Shown here: positions 17,775 to 27,718 of the stretch, one piece after another
Layout of the letters: every line of letters begins with the position of its first letter
How positions within the stretch are numbered: position 1 is the stretch's first letter
Source: Oligoflexales bacterium
GTDB taxonomy: Bacteria; Bdellovibrionota_B; Oligoflexia; Oligoflexales; RGVZ01
Direction: 5' to 3'
NCBI GenBank assembly: GCA_044236265.1
Contig: JBIIGV010000005.1
Coordinates: 1-53,408, forward strand
DNA: 53,408 nt
The notes under the pieces: model-generated
What the model was told of the DNA's origin: nothing
Seen by the model: only the letters and a program-made list of their open reading frames with translations
Database searches by the model: none
Program-made: the position numbers and the translations under genes

Positions 17775-19062
17775 AGTGCGCCAAATACGCCAGTCCTAGT
17801 TTTGCAAACGCAGACACCTGAGTCATCGCACCCGCCGACTCTAAAGAGTCATTACTGGTGTGAATTGCACGGTTATAGGCACCTGGATCTTCAAATGGGA
17901 AGGACGTCACAAATCCCTGACGCTTCCACGATGTATGATCACTGTCACCGCCAGAAAGACTCTTTTTACCCCAAGCCACGCCGACATAGCGGTCAATCAT
18001 TTCGCCAAGGGCGTTGTTGAATGTATCGACTGTGTTATTGGATACAAACCAAATTTTATCTGGGGCGCCCTGAGCCTTGTAAAGGTTCATGTCGTGCTGC
18101 ACCATCGTGATCACGTTCTTGCCAGCGGCCTTATATTTCTGAGCCATGTCCTGGCTTCCAACAAGACCGATCTCTTCTGCAGCGTAACCATGAATCTCGA
18201 TGGTTCGCTCGGGGCGAACACCAGATGCCATGAGCACGCGGAAAATTTCGAGGTTGGTTGCCGTGCCGCTAGCGTTATCGTCAGCACCAGGAGATCTGGA
18301 AGATGACCCAGACGACCAGTTAACACTGTCAATATGGCTTCCAAGGACTACGACTTCGTCAGGACGAGACGTTCCGCGAATACGCACAACCACGCTGTCT
18401 TGCGACGTCTTGCTACCGTGATCAAAAAGCTCGACGGTCACATCATCACGACCTGCAGCGATCGTTTCATACTTTTGTTTCAATGTTCCTGCGAATGCTT
18501 GCCCTGTGGAAGAGCCATGAAATCTTGTGTGAATCGAGCTGATATCACGGATTGTCTGGAAAATATTTTCTCCAGACACCTGCGAAACCATATCTCTAAC
18601 TTCAGCGAGATCATTGGATACCGGAATCACAGGTTCACCTGCGCCAGCCGGAACCTCACGCACCATGGTGTCACCTTCAAGACGCATCACGGCACCGCAA
18701 GCAATACCTTCGTGATGCATCAAGTGTGACAACGTTGCCACCTTGGACTCGTCTTCAACACGCACCAACACAAATTGCTCGGGCTCAAAGTGCATCACTT
18801 CGCCCAAACGCTCGACGAAAAAAGGTAACGTCTTTTTGCCAGGCATGCGCACGACATAAAGATGATTGAAGTCGCGATCGACAGCGTCAAAACGGCGCAT
18901 AATAGACACACCGTTTTCTTCAAAGATCAGACTGTTGCCGTGTTCACTTAGACCTGCGACAAATCCTGCGGGAACAATCGTCACTGGCATGCGCTCACGC
19001 ACATGTCCCATCATGAACAATGCCGACATGCCGGCGCCTGCGATCAATAGCGAACGTTTCAT
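17761..19062 (-). CDS. Secreted M28-family leucyl aminopeptidase
   Basis: GSHIDS, PGADDNASG, YAAEEIGLVGS, QHDM, SDH.SW, IHT..D; N-terminal pro-region. Confidence 0.92.
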   Translation of the reverse strand: MKRSLLIAGAGMSALFMMGHVRERMPVTIVPAGFVAGLSEHGNSLIFEENGVSIMRRFDAVDRDFNHLYVVRMPGKKTLPFFVERLGEVMHFEPEQFVLVRVEDESKVATLSHLMHHEGIACGAVMRLEGDTMVREVPAGAGEPVIPVSNDLAEVRDMVSQVSGENIFQTIRDISSIHTRFHGSSTGQAFAGTLKQKYETIAAGRDDVTVELFDHGSKTSQDSVVVRIRGTSRPDEVVVLGSHIDSVNWSSGSSSRSPGADDNASGTATNLEIFRVLMASGVRPERTIEIHGYAAEEIGLVGSQDMAQKYKAAGKNVITMVQHDMNLYKAQGAPDKIWFVSNNTVDTFNNALGEMIDRYVGVAWGKKSLSGGDSDHTSWKRQGFVTSFPFEDPGAYNRAIHTSNDSLESAGAMTQVSAFAKLGLAYLAHYAGI

Positions 19063-19256
19063 AGCACTTCTCCCTTGCCCTGTGTTTGGGGGCTTTTCGG
19101 ATCGCAGAGGTTGCGGTCCGATGTTTAACCGATTCCTCTATTCTACAGGGCTTTGGCTGATTGGCCAAAGGTGTGAGGAATGACGCCCACATCATTGGTT
19201 ATGGTGAGTTTGCGCCTCGTCAACGAGGCCATTAGAATCGAGATGATGTGGGAAAC

Positions 19257-20699
19257 TTAGGACTGCAGACGCATCTGCACAAGAAACTGACTTCCGCGGC
19301 CGGGTTCACTGGCCACCGAAACTTTGCCGTTCATGGCACTCACAAGATGCTTAACAATGGAAAGGCCCAAACCGGTGCCCCCATCTTCACGACTACGATG
19401 TTTATCAACGCGGTAAAAGCGCTCAAAGATCCGAGCATGATGCTCAGGAGGAATTCCAACGCCAGTATCTTCGACGGTTAGCTGAGCAACATCGCCCTGG
19501 CGATCAATACGAAGACTGACTTCACCGCCCGTTGGCGTGTATTTAATGGCGTTTGTGAGCAGGTTATCCACCACTTGACGAAGAGCCTCACGGTCACCTT
19601 GCACAACGATGTGATCTGCGACATTGACCTTCAAAGAAATATTTTTACTTGCGACCGCATGCTCGTGATGCACCAAAGTCTGTCGAGCAACAGCACCCAA
19701 ATCCACTGCTGACTTTGCAAGAAGACCTTCCTGATTTTCAATGCGGGCCAACGACAGAATATCTTGAACCAATTCCACGAGGCGAACGATGTTCACGTCG
19801 ATGCGCTGAAGAAATCTATCAAGAGTCGCCGGATCAGCTTTAGCGCCAGACTGCAGGGTTTCTACGTAGCCTTTGATGCTGGTAAGCGGAGTTTTTAACT
19901 CGTGGCTGACGTTGGCAACAAAATCACGGCGCACCCGCTCAAGGCGTCTAAGTTCGGTGACATCGTGTAACACCACGACGACACCCGCCGTTTGCTCGCC
20001 CTTGAAAGGAGAGGCATGGGTTTCTAATACGACCAGTTGTTCGCCATCGGTGACGGTCAACTCAGTATGCTTGCGCTTTTTCTCTGTTCGACATCGGATG
20101 ACTACAGGAAGAACCAGTCCAAGACCGGGTACGTCACTGATCTGTTTACCGCGAGACACACTGGCGCTTGCTTTTAACAGCTTGTCGGCAGCACCATTGG
20201 CGAACAACACACGGTCATCATCACCAATCGCTACAATTCCTTCGACCATACCACCAAAAAGAGCCGCAAGCTGCGTACGCTCTTGGGATAATGTGGCCAT
20301 ACGCTCCGAGAGTTCTTCTCCGAGCAGGTTCAACGTCAGTCCGAGCAGCCCAAACTCGTCATCACCCAAACGTTTCACTTTGGCTGAAAAATCCCCGCAA
20401 GCAAGGCTTTCGGCGACGCTGGTGAGCTCGGTCAGAGATTTATGAACGCTACGCGCCAGTAAAAAGCCAACACCCATCGCCACAGCCACACCAGCTAATG
20501 TGGCGACGGCCAAAGATGTGAGAAGTTCATAAGTCTGTTCAATCTTGAGTACGGGAGAACGAAGCAAAAACACTGCAGCTACAGTCAACAGCGCTGTAAA
20601 TACGGTGATCGCTGTGGCGCCAAACACCTGCCAAAGCAAGTGGCCGCGGAAAACCGCACGAATACTTATTTTTGGCAGCTTGCTTATACTTCGCGACAC
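19257..20699 (-). CDS. phoR: Phosphate regulon sensor histidine kinase
   Basis: 2 TM, HAMP, PAS, RRDFVANVSHELKTPLT, NLLTNAIKY, DTGVGI, IFERFYRVDK.RSR..GGTGLGL; context next to pst genes. Confidence 0.88.
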   Translation of the reverse strand: MSRSISKLPKISIRAVFRGHLLWQVFGATAITVFTALLTVAAVFLLRSPVLKIEQTYELLTSLAVATLAGVAVAMGVGFLLARSVHKSLTELTSVAESLACGDFSAKVKRLGDDEFGLLGLTLNLLGEELSERMATLSQERTQLAALFGGMVEGIVAIGDDDRVLFANGAADKLLKASASVSRGKQISDVPGLGLVLPVVIRCRTEKKRKHTELTVTDGEQLVVLETHASPFKGEQTAGVVVVLHDVTELRRLERVRRDFVANVSHELKTPLTSIKGYVETLQSGAKADPATLDRFLQRIDVNIVRLVELVQDILSLARIENQEGLLAKSAVDLGAVARQTLVHHEHAVASKNISLKVNVADHIVVQGDREALRQVVDNLLTNAIKYTPTGGEVSLRIDRQGDVAQLTVEDTGVGIPPEHHARIFERFYRVDKHRSREDGGTGLGLSIVKHLVSAMNGKVSVASEPGRGSQFLVQMRLQS

Positions 20700-21421
20700 T
20701 TGTAACCAACTCCGCGGACCGTCTGAATAAACTCAGCCTCTTCGTCCAGCTTTTTACGCACCGCTCGTACGTGAACATCCACGTTCCGATCGATGACGTA
20801 AGTGTCTGCACCGGCCACTCGTTCGAGAATCTGATCACGTGTGAATACACGTCCTGGCTTACTGATTAACGTTTTTAGCAAATTGAATTCTGCAAGCGTG
20901 AGCACGAGAGGTCGACCCTTGACCCAAGCCTCATGCTTTTCAAGATCCATCTCGATTGGACCAACTTTTAGCATGTCGCCTGTAGAGACTGGCGCTGCGG
21001 TCGCTCCAGCACGAGTTATTTCCTCCGATGCTCGTCTGAGCACGGCGCGAATTCTTGCAACAATTTCTTTCGGACTAAAGGGCTTTGTGACGTAATCGTC
21101 TGCTCCAAGTTCCAAACCAACGACGATATCACTTTCCTCGCCTTTGGCCGTTAACATGATCACGGGAACGTTCTTCAGAGGACTGGCTGCTTCACGCATG
21201 CGTTTCAATGCCGTGAGCCCATCACACACCGGCATCATGATATCCATCAAAATTAGATCGGGAGTTTTCGCTAAGGCTGCATCTAATCCAACAGCACCAT
21301 TGATGGCGGTTCTCGTTTTGTAGCCTTCGCGTTCAAGATTGAATTGAATCAATTCACGAATGTCGGCTTCGTCTTCGATGATCAGAATGTCACCTGCGGT
21401 CGATTGAGTACTCGTAAGCAT
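20684..21421 (-). CDS. phoB: PhoB/PhoP-type response regulator (OmpR family)
   Basis: IIEDE, LILMDIMMP, MLTAKGEE.D...GLELGADDY.TKPF, winged helix R.VDVH...RKKL...TVRGVGY; ATG 21421 behind GGAGG. Confidence 0.9.
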   Translation of the reverse strand: MLTSTQSTAGDILIIEDEADIRELIQFNLEREGYKTRTAINGAVGLDAALAKTPDLILMDIMMPVCDGLTALKRMREAASPLKNVPVIMLTAKGEESDIVVGLELGADDYVTKPFSPKEIVARIRAVLRRASEEITRAGATAAPVSTGDMLKVGPIEMDLEKHEAWVKGRPLVLTLAEFNLLKTLISKPGRVFTRDQILERVAGADTYVIDRNVDVHVRAVRKKLDEEAEFIQTVRGVGYKCREV

Positions 21422-21474
21422 CAACAATTCCTCCAAAAGTTCAGGATTAATTTAGACCCCAAGTTTATAGAGCA

Positions 21475-21558
21475 TTTATGTTAAAATTTAATAAATTTCA
21501 AGAAAGAATATAGTAAAATCGGCTATTTTCAATGGACTTTAAGAGATCTTTACATAAA
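21475..21558. promoter_or_regulatory. Putative Pho boxes in the divergent phoB/pstS region
   Basis: 11-bp-phased half-sites on + at 21526 (TTTTCAA), 21537 (CTTTAAG) and 21548 (CTTTACATAAA); a near copy TTTAACATAAA on the minus strand at 21475-21485. Confidence 0.5.
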
Positions 21559-21665
21559 TTCCCTCGTCCCTTGGGCAGCGCAGGTGTATGATGGTCAGTC
21601 GGTTTTATGAATAGTTTTCGGTAGTTGACATCATTTTCTGCGCCCTTTTGACCTTGGAGAATGTT

Positions 21666-22601
21666 ATGAATATTAGACACTTAGCTCTCTTTTGCGGCAG
21701 TTTTGCATTCCCAGCCCTTGCCGCTCCTATTAACGGCCAAGTCCGTTTGGATGGATCAAGCACCGTATTTCCTATCAGCGAAGCCGTAGCCGAAGAGTTT
21801 GGCGCTATCAATAAGTCTGTACGCGTCACTGTGGGTACCTCTGGCACCGGCGGCGGCTTTAAAAAATTCTGCGCAGGCGAAATCGACATTAACAACGCCT
21901 CCCGTCAAATTAAGGATACTGAGATCTCAGAGTGTAAGAAAAAGAAAATCGACTTCATTGAATTACCAGTTGCGATCGACGGGCTATCCATTGTCGTGCA
22001 TCCGTCAAATTCATTTGTAAGTAAAATCACCAAAGACGAGCTAAAAAAAATCTGGGAACCCGGATCCAAAATCAAATTGTGGTCAGACCTGAATCCATCA
22101 TGGCCCAAGGAAAAAATCGCATTGTTTGGCCCTGGTCCTGACAGTGGAACATTCGATTATTTTGCTGAAGAAGTTGTTGGCAAAGCCAAAGCTAGTCGTA
22201 CCGACTACACGGCATCTGAAGATGATAACGTGCTATTAAAGGGTGTGGCTGCCAGTAAATTTGCTATGGGTTATTTCGGCCACGGCTACTACATGGCCAA
22301 TAGCAAAAAGGTCAAAGGCGTAGCCGTTGATGGCGGCAAAGGGGCAATCGAGCCCACTGAAGCAAATGTTGCTAATGGGACATACCCTTTATCCCGCCCA
22401 CTTTACATCTATGTGAGCGCGGCATCCGCTGCAAAACCTCAGGTCAAAGAGTTTGTGAAGTTTTATCTTGAAACCGCTAAGCGCCTCTCAACTGAAACAG
22501 GCTACCAGCCCCTAAAAGATGATGGCTACAAATCTGCTTTAGACCGCTTTTCCAAGGGAGTTACCGGTAAAGCGTCTACGAAGCCGGGGTCAAAATCATA
22601 A
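21666..22601 (+). CDS. pstS: Phosphate ABC transporter substrate-binding protein
   Basis: [46 protein letters not shown]. Confidence 0.96.
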   Translation: MNIRHLALFCGSFAFPALAAPINGQVRLDGSSTVFPISEAVAEEFGAINKSVRVTVGTSGTGGGFKKFCAGEIDINNASRQIKDTEISECKKKKIDFIELPVAIDGLSIVVHPSNSFVSKITKDELKKIWEPGSKIKLWSDLNPSWPKEKIALFGPGPDSGTFDYFAEEVVGKAKASRTDYTASEDDNVLLKGVAASKFAMGYFGHGYYMANSKKVKGVAVDGGKGAIEPTEANVANGTYPLSRPLYIYVSAASAAKPQVKEFVKFYLETAKRLSTETGYQPLKDDGYKSALDRFSKGVTGKASTKPGSKS

Positions 22602-22628
22602 GGCCAAAGTTGTAAAAAGGATTCTCAT

Positions 22629-23570
22629 TTGCCAAATGACACTGCAAAAGTCGCGACCGCTGGCAGCAGCCTCCAAGATCAGGCGCTGCTGAAGATCCGA
22701 TGGTCGGAAATTGCCGTCGTCAGATTCTTGCAAGTTTGCGCATGGATTTCGGTGCTCACCACCGCCGCGATTGTGGGTATTTTAATCCTTGAGTCCTCGG
22801 CCTTTTTTGCCGTGGTCTCCATGGGAAGTTTTCTCACGGGTACGGAATGGTCTCCGCTGATTGAACCGCGTTCATTTGGTGTGGTTCCTCTGATTATGGG
22901 CACGGTTGTCGTGTCAGTGGGTGCGTGCATCATCGCTGTTCCCATCGGTCTGGCCAGTGCCATTTATTTGGCTGAGTATGCCAGTCTTCGCGTGCGACGG
23001 TTTCTAAAACCGACCATTGAGCTCCTGGCTGGGATTCCGTCCGTTGTTTTCGGTTACTTTGCCGTCACCAGTGTCACACCATTTCTACAGTGGTTTCTAC
23101 CGAGCACAGAAGTTTTCAATGCAGCCAGTGCGGCCATTGTTTTAGGGTTCATGGTGCTACCGATGGTCACATCTCTTTGTGATGACGCCATTCGTGCCGC
23201 ACCGCGATCCGTGCGCGAAGGCGGCTTTGCTCTTGCGGCAACCAAGGCTGAAGTATCCATTGATATCTTATTGCCAGCATCCATGAGTGCAATCATGGCG
23301 AGTTTTATCTTGGCCTTTGCACGCGCCATCGGTGAAACCATGGCGGTCGCTCTTGCGGCTGGTAGCACACCCAACATGACCTTGAATCCACTGGTCAGCA
23401 TGCAGACTATGACCGGCTACATTGTGCAGGTGGCCATGGGTGACATCCCCCATGGAACGATTGAGTACCAAAGTATCTTTGCAGTAGCCGCAACGTTATT
23501 CGGCATCACGCTGTCCTTAAACCTATTTAGCCAAATGATCGTGCGCCGTTTTGCACGTCACTGGGAATAA
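22629..23570 (+). CDS. pstC: Phosphate ABC transporter permease PstC
   Basis: AIYLAEY, ELLAGIPSVVFG, ARAIGETMAV; TTG start is uncertain. Confidence 0.95.
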   Translation: MPNDTAKVATAGSSLQDQALLKIRWSEIAVVRFLQVCAWISVLTTAAIVGILILESSAFFAVVSMGSFLTGTEWSPLIEPRSFGVVPLIMGTVVVSVGACIIAVPIGLASAIYLAEYASLRVRRFLKPTIELLAGIPSVVFGYFAVTSVTPFLQWFLPSTEVFNAASAAIVLGFMVLPMVTSLCDDAIRAAPRSVREGGFALAATKAEVSIDILLPASMSAIMASFILAFARAIGETMAVALAAGSTPNMTLNPLVSMQTMTGYIVQVAMGDIPHGTIEYQSIFAVAATLFGITLSLNLFSQMIVRRFARHWE

Positions 23571-23584
23571 CAAGGATCGCCACG

Positions 23585-24508
23585 ATGAACACTGAAAAAC
23601 CAATCAGTCCTGAAACTTCCGTGCGCGAAGCCATATTAGACACACCATTTAAAGACAATCTCGACAGCAGAAACTTTAACGCCAAGATTTTTAACTTGGT
23701 TATTTTGCTGGCAACTTGTTTGGCCATGCTCATTCTCGGGCTTCTGTTGTGGCGGATCGGCGAGCAAGGGTTGCCGTGGCTCAATTGGAATTTCATCACA
23801 AGCTTTCCAAGTCGCATGGCTGTTCGCGCTGGAATTTTCAGCGCACTTGTTGGTAGCGCTTGCATCATTATTTTGACCGGCATCATCGCAGTGGTGTTGG
23901 GCGTCAGTGCAGCAATTTACTTAGAAGAGATGTCTCCGAAGAATCGAATCAATCAGTTAATTGAACTTAATATTGCCAATCTCGCTGGAATCCCGTCGCT
24001 TGTATACGGAATGCTCGGACTAGCGGTGTTTGTTAGATTTTTAAACTTTGGGCGCAGTATTATGGCTGCGGCATGTACCCTGGCGATTATGATTTTGCCG
24101 GTCATTATTATTTCCAGCCGTGAAGCGCTGCGCACAGTGCCGCCAAGCATTCGGCTTGCGGCCTTGGCGTTAGGCGCAACTAAGTGGCAGACCACATGGC
24201 ATCATGTGTTACCGGCTGCCATGCCAGGCATGCTGACCGGAATTATACTGGCGATTAGCCGTGCTTTGGGTGAGGCTGCGCCATTGATTTTGGTTGGCGG
24301 GGTGACCTACATCGCCTTTCTACCAAACTCCGTCTACGATTCCTTTACAACCTTGCCAATTCAAATTTTTAATTGGGCCGGACGGCCACAAGAAGAGTTT
24401 CAGGCCATCGCGGCGGCTGGAATCATCGTATTACTTGGGCTTGTACTGTTCACCAATGGTATTGCCATTTTGATCAGAGCCCGTCTTGAAGACAAAAACA
24501 GGTGGTAG
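23585..24508 (+). CDS. pstA: Phosphate ABC transporter permease PstA
   Basis: [39 protein letters not shown]. Confidence 0.95.
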   Translation: MNTEKPISPETSVREAILDTPFKDNLDSRNFNAKIFNLVILLATCLAMLILGLLLWRIGEQGLPWLNWNFITSFPSRMAVRAGIFSALVGSACIIILTGIIAVVLGVSAAIYLEEMSPKNRINQLIELNIANLAGIPSLVYGMLGLAVFVRFLNFGRSIMAAACTLAIMILPVIIISSREALRTVPPSIRLAALALGATKWQTTWHHVLPAAMPGMLTGIILAISRALGEAAPLILVGGVTYIAFLPNSVYDSFTTLPIQIFNWAGRPQEEFQAIAAAGIIVLLGLVLFTNGIAILIRARLEDKNRW

Positions 24509-24513
24509 TTGAT

Positions 24514-25260
24514 ATGGTTATCGCAGCTCAAGATTTGACGTTAGCTTACGGTGATAAAAACATCGTCAAGAAGGTCTCCCTTGAGGTAGGCCCGCGCACA
24601 GTGACAGCACTGATTGGACCCTCTGGCTGCGGCAAGAGTACGCTCCTGCGCACGTTTAATCGCATGAATGATTTTGTGCCTAGCTTTCGTCTCGTGGATG
24701 GCAAAATCATGTATCGTGATCTCAATGTTTACTCAGATGATGTCGATCCTGTTTTTATCCGTCGACGGGTTGGCATGGTGTTTCAAAAGCCAAATCCATT
24801 CCCCTCAAGCATTTATAAGAACATCACATGGGGCCCTTCTATCAATGGCTACACAGGTGATTTCGATCAACTGGTGGAGAGTTCCTTACGCCGCGCAGCA
24901 CTTTGGGATGAGGTCAAAGATAAATTAAACTCGTCCGGACTAGCTCTTTCGGGAGGCCAGCAGCAGCGGCTTTGTATTGCACGAGCCATTGCCATGGATC
25001 CAGATGTGATCTTGATGGATGAACCGTGTTCAGCATTGGACCCTGCATCGACTGCACGGATTGAAGACCTGATCGGTGAATTGCGGGAGCGTTACACGAT
25101 TCTGATTGTGACCCATAACATGCAGCAGGCGGCGCGTGTGTCAGAGCATACGGCATTTATGTTCCAGGGTGAACTGATTGAACACGCTGTCACGAAGCAG
25201 ATTTTCAATGCACCTAAGCATAAACTGACAGAAGACTACATCATGGGCCGTTTTGGTTAA
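24514..25260 (+). CDS. pstB: Phosphate ABC transporter ATP-binding protein
   Basis: [53 protein letters not shown], ends GRFG; alternative GTG start at 24502. Confidence 0.97.
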   Translation: MVIAAQDLTLAYGDKNIVKKVSLEVGPRTVTALIGPSGCGKSTLLRTFNRMNDFVPSFRLVDGKIMYRDLNVYSDDVDPVFIRRRVGMVFQKPNPFPSSIYKNITWGPSINGYTGDFDQLVESSLRRAALWDEVKDKLNSSGLALSGGQQQRLCIARAIAMDPDVILMDEPCSALDPASTARIEDLIGELRERYTILIVTHNMQQAARVSEHTAFMFQGELIEHAVTKQIFNAPKHKLTEDYIMGRFG

Positions 25261-25267
25261 GTCCATC

Positions 25268-25948
25268 ATGGAAGATATTCGCGGCACCATTAAATCAGAG
25301 TTAGCGACGGGAGACCTTCGCACGTATGTCGACGATCACGCGGCAAGCCCACACCCCTACCTCGACACTATTCGCCAGCGATGTCTTCAACACAAATGGA
25401 ACTTTATGCTGACCACTCCTGATCAGGCGGCGTTTTTATACACACACGCCAAGATGATCGGTGCGAGCAAGATCTTTGAAATCGGGACGTATTATGGTCA
25501 TAGCACCTTGGCTTTGGCCGCCGCGCTTCCGGAAGCAGGGCGCCTGATTTCTCTGGAGCACAATCCAAAGTTTGCAACCATCGCCAAAGAGCACATGGAG
25601 ACCGCAGGCGTCAGCGCTAAAGTAGAAATTCGTGTCGGTGAGGCGCCGCTTCTCATTCCTGATATAGAAGCCGAGCATAAACAAGAGTCATTTGATTTAG
25701 TTTTTGTGGATGCAGATAAGCGTCACTTCAAAGATTACTGGGAGGCGAGCCTTAGACTTGTACGCAAAGGCGGAGTCATCATTTTCGACAATGCTCTTGC
25801 TCGCGGCGAAATCCTTAATGAGTCCCCTGATGCTCCTGACCACATCGCTGCGGTGCGTGCATTCAACGACTTCGTCAAATCCGATAAGCGCGTGTTTTCA
25901 TATATCGCCACTCTCGCCGACGGCATGCTAACAGCCATCAAACTATAA
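25268..25948 (+). CDS. SAM-dependent O-methyltransferase (caffeoyl-CoA/COMT-like family)
   Basis: EIGTYYGHS, FDLVFVDADK, GG.IIFDNAL.RG, DG.L; begins 7 nt after the pstB stop. Confidence 0.92.
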   Translation: MEDIRGTIKSELATGDLRTYVDDHAASPHPYLDTIRQRCLQHKWNFMLTTPDQAAFLYTHAKMIGASKIFEIGTYYGHSTLALAAALPEAGRLISLEHNPKFATIAKEHMETAGVSAKVEIRVGEAPLLIPDIEAEHKQESFDLVFVDADKRHFKDYWEASLRLVRKGGVIIFDNALARGEILNESPDAPDHIAAVRAFNDFVKSDKRVFSYIATLADGMLTAIKL

Positions 25949-25955
25949 ATAATTC

Positions 25956-26008
25956 GGGGACACACGACGTAATTGGTTAATCAATAACCAATTACGTCGT
26001 GTGTCCCC
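25956..26008. repeat. Long palindrome, REP/REPIN-like element 3 (may also act as a bidirectional terminator)
   Basis: Perfect 24-bp arms 25956-25979 (GGGGACACACGACGTAATTGGTTA) and 25985-26008 with a 5-nt loop, between convergent genes. Confidence 0.92.
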
Positions 26009-26015
26009 AATTTAA

Positions 26016-26888
26016 TTAGAGGCAGTAGGAGTTGTAGTCAGCTTCGCCTAGATGCCAAGGACGACCGAGGGCGCATCCAAAGGAGGACATGAAGCGTTTG
26101 ACCGCTTCCGGCTGTTGCTTTTGAAGTCGAGCGTATGTGTCGGCATCGCAATACAAGTTAGATGCCATCAGCACCGTTGCACGAGTGTCAAAGGCAGGCG
26201 AGCGCGTGCCGGCACCGCCAAACTCGCGGCGGTAAAACTCTTGCTCCCCTGGACCAATCGTTAGCGCTTCGGAGACATGACGCTTCAACCGCGAAAAGTC
26301 ATTTGAGCGAGAACGCGCATTGTCCGCAACCAGATCACGCTCTTCGGCTGTGTTCCAGATCTGCTCGAACAAACTCCAAAACACCAGCGGTAACATGCGG
26401 CCATCAATAATCTCGCGCTCGTTGGGTGGCAACGGTTTTCCATCAGCACCCGTTCCCGGATCAGAGCCAAAGATCATCACATCGCCGTAATTCGACGTAG
26501 ATTTTAAACAAGAAAAACGAAGACCAACGTTAGCACCTGCACCAGAAGGAGCACACGTCAGTCCGCTTCGTAAAGACTCCCAAGCAAAGCGAATGTTGCG
26601 GCTTTCCAGGGTCTTAATGACTTGCGGCGGAAGCGCGCTTAAGTTGCGTAGCAGCGCCAATTTGCCCTCTGACTGCAGCTCTGTTTCATTGGCCAGCCAT
26701 TTCTTGAGCTCAGCGCCCTCAGCCTTTTGATCTTTCAGATCTGCACCACAACTACGGACATCAGCAAGCTCTGCCAGTCGCTCGTCTTTTTGAGCGGAGC
26801 GCTTCTTGTAAACAATCCATGCCGTGGCAGCGACGCCAACAATAATGACACCTGCAATAATGGACTTTGGAGATTTAGATAAGCTCAT
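26016..26888 (-). CDS. Membrane-anchored hypothetical protein, possible degenerate anthrax-lethal-factor-like (ATLF) fold
   Basis: ATG 26888 overlaps the upstream stop (ATGA); single N-terminal TM. LSALPP..IKTL....I and LYC......LQKQQPE...F recall ATLF-like domains, but there is no HExxH. Confidence 0.55.
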   Translation of the reverse strand: MSLSKSPKSIIAGVIIVGVAATAWIVYKKRSAQKDERLAELADVRSCGADLKDQKAEGAELKKWLANETELQSEGKLALLRNLSALPPQVIKTLESRNIRFAWESLRSGLTCAPSGAGANVGLRFSCLKSTSNYGDVMIFGSDPGTGADGKPLPPNEREIIDGRMLPLVFWSLFEQIWNTAEERDLVADNARSRSNDFSRLKRHVSEALTIGPGEQEFYRREFGGAGTRSPAFDTRATVLMASNLYCDADTYARLQKQQPEAVKRFMSSFGCALGRPWHLGEADYNSYCL

Positions 26889-27709
26889 TGACGCTCTCCT
26901 TCTTTTTTCTTGGGCGCAGCCGCTGATGCCGAAATACAAGAGCCTCGCCCCCACAAACAAGATTTATCTTGTCCACACTCGCGTCGCTCAAAACGAGCGC
27001 ACTCACCTAGTACGACATCCACTGAAGGCGGAGTCTGATTACCAGGAATCACGACGAAAAGATTTCTAGCCAAATTCTTCTTGGGCTTTGCTTTGGCGGA
27101 TTGATCAGCGGCATAAAATTGCTCACTGGCAGCACAGGTTCCTGATGCCTCACAACTCAAGGCCACAGCCACCTGACGATACATTTCAGGCTTTAACTCA
27201 TCGACACCGTCCGTCATATTCCAATAAAACTGAGCCTTCGAAATATACTGCTCCATGGCAGGATCTGACATTGCTGTTGATGGCTTGCAAGGCTCGAGTG
27301 GTATGGTGGCTTCAGACTGGTTTGTCTCGCGCATGTTCTTTTCCACCATCTTTTTCATGTCGGCATAGCCTTGTTCACAGGCTTTTTTATCAAAGGCAAT
27401 GACTTGAATGAGGCCACCGCGAAATTGACGACCTAGGACTTTGCCCTTAAATCCAAACTTACCCGGCTCATAAACTGGCTTTACACCAAATGGCAGTCGC
27501 GCGGACGCCACGTCAATGATGTCAATATCGCGACCGCTACGCTTGGCTGAAAAGGTCCAGTCCACCTCTTGACCAACCGTCACCGCAAAGGAGGACCCTT
27601 TGGGTTGAACCTCAATAGCCGGAAGTTTCCCTCCCGAACCAGAGCACGACATAGCGATCAACCCGCCGAGGATCGTTGTCACGAAGATCTTCGGATTCAC
27701 AGCAACCAT
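26885..27709 (-). CDS. Hypothetical lipoprotein
   Basis: Lipobox-like IAMSC; beta-rich N-domain; Cys-rich C-terminus C......C.....C......C. Confidence 0.65.
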   Translation of the reverse strand: MVAVNPKIFVTTILGGLIAMSCSGSGGKLPAIEVQPKGSSFAVTVGQEVDWTFSAKRSGRDIDIIDVASARLPFGVKPVYEPGKFGFKGKVLGRQFRGGLIQVIAFDKKACEQGYADMKKMVEKNMRETNQSEATIPLEPCKPSTAMSDPAMEQYISKAQFYWNMTDGVDELKPEMYRQVAVALSCEASGTCAASEQFYAADQSAKAKPKKNLARNLFVVIPGNQTPPSVDVVLGECARFERRECGQDKSCLWGRGSCISASAAAPKKKEGERQ

Positions 27710-27718
27710 CTCAACCCC

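Noticed and set aside
19214..19229. Short hairpin GCCTCGT-CA-ACGAGGC downstream of phoR
   Set aside because: A 7-bp stem with a 2-nt loop and no U-tract is too weak to call, and it lacks the repeat-family terminal motif.
8205..26008. Palindromes as a CRISPR array or IS terminal repeats
   Set aside because: They are dispersed, with no regular repeat-spacer periodicity, no cas or transposase gene, and no evident target-site duplications.
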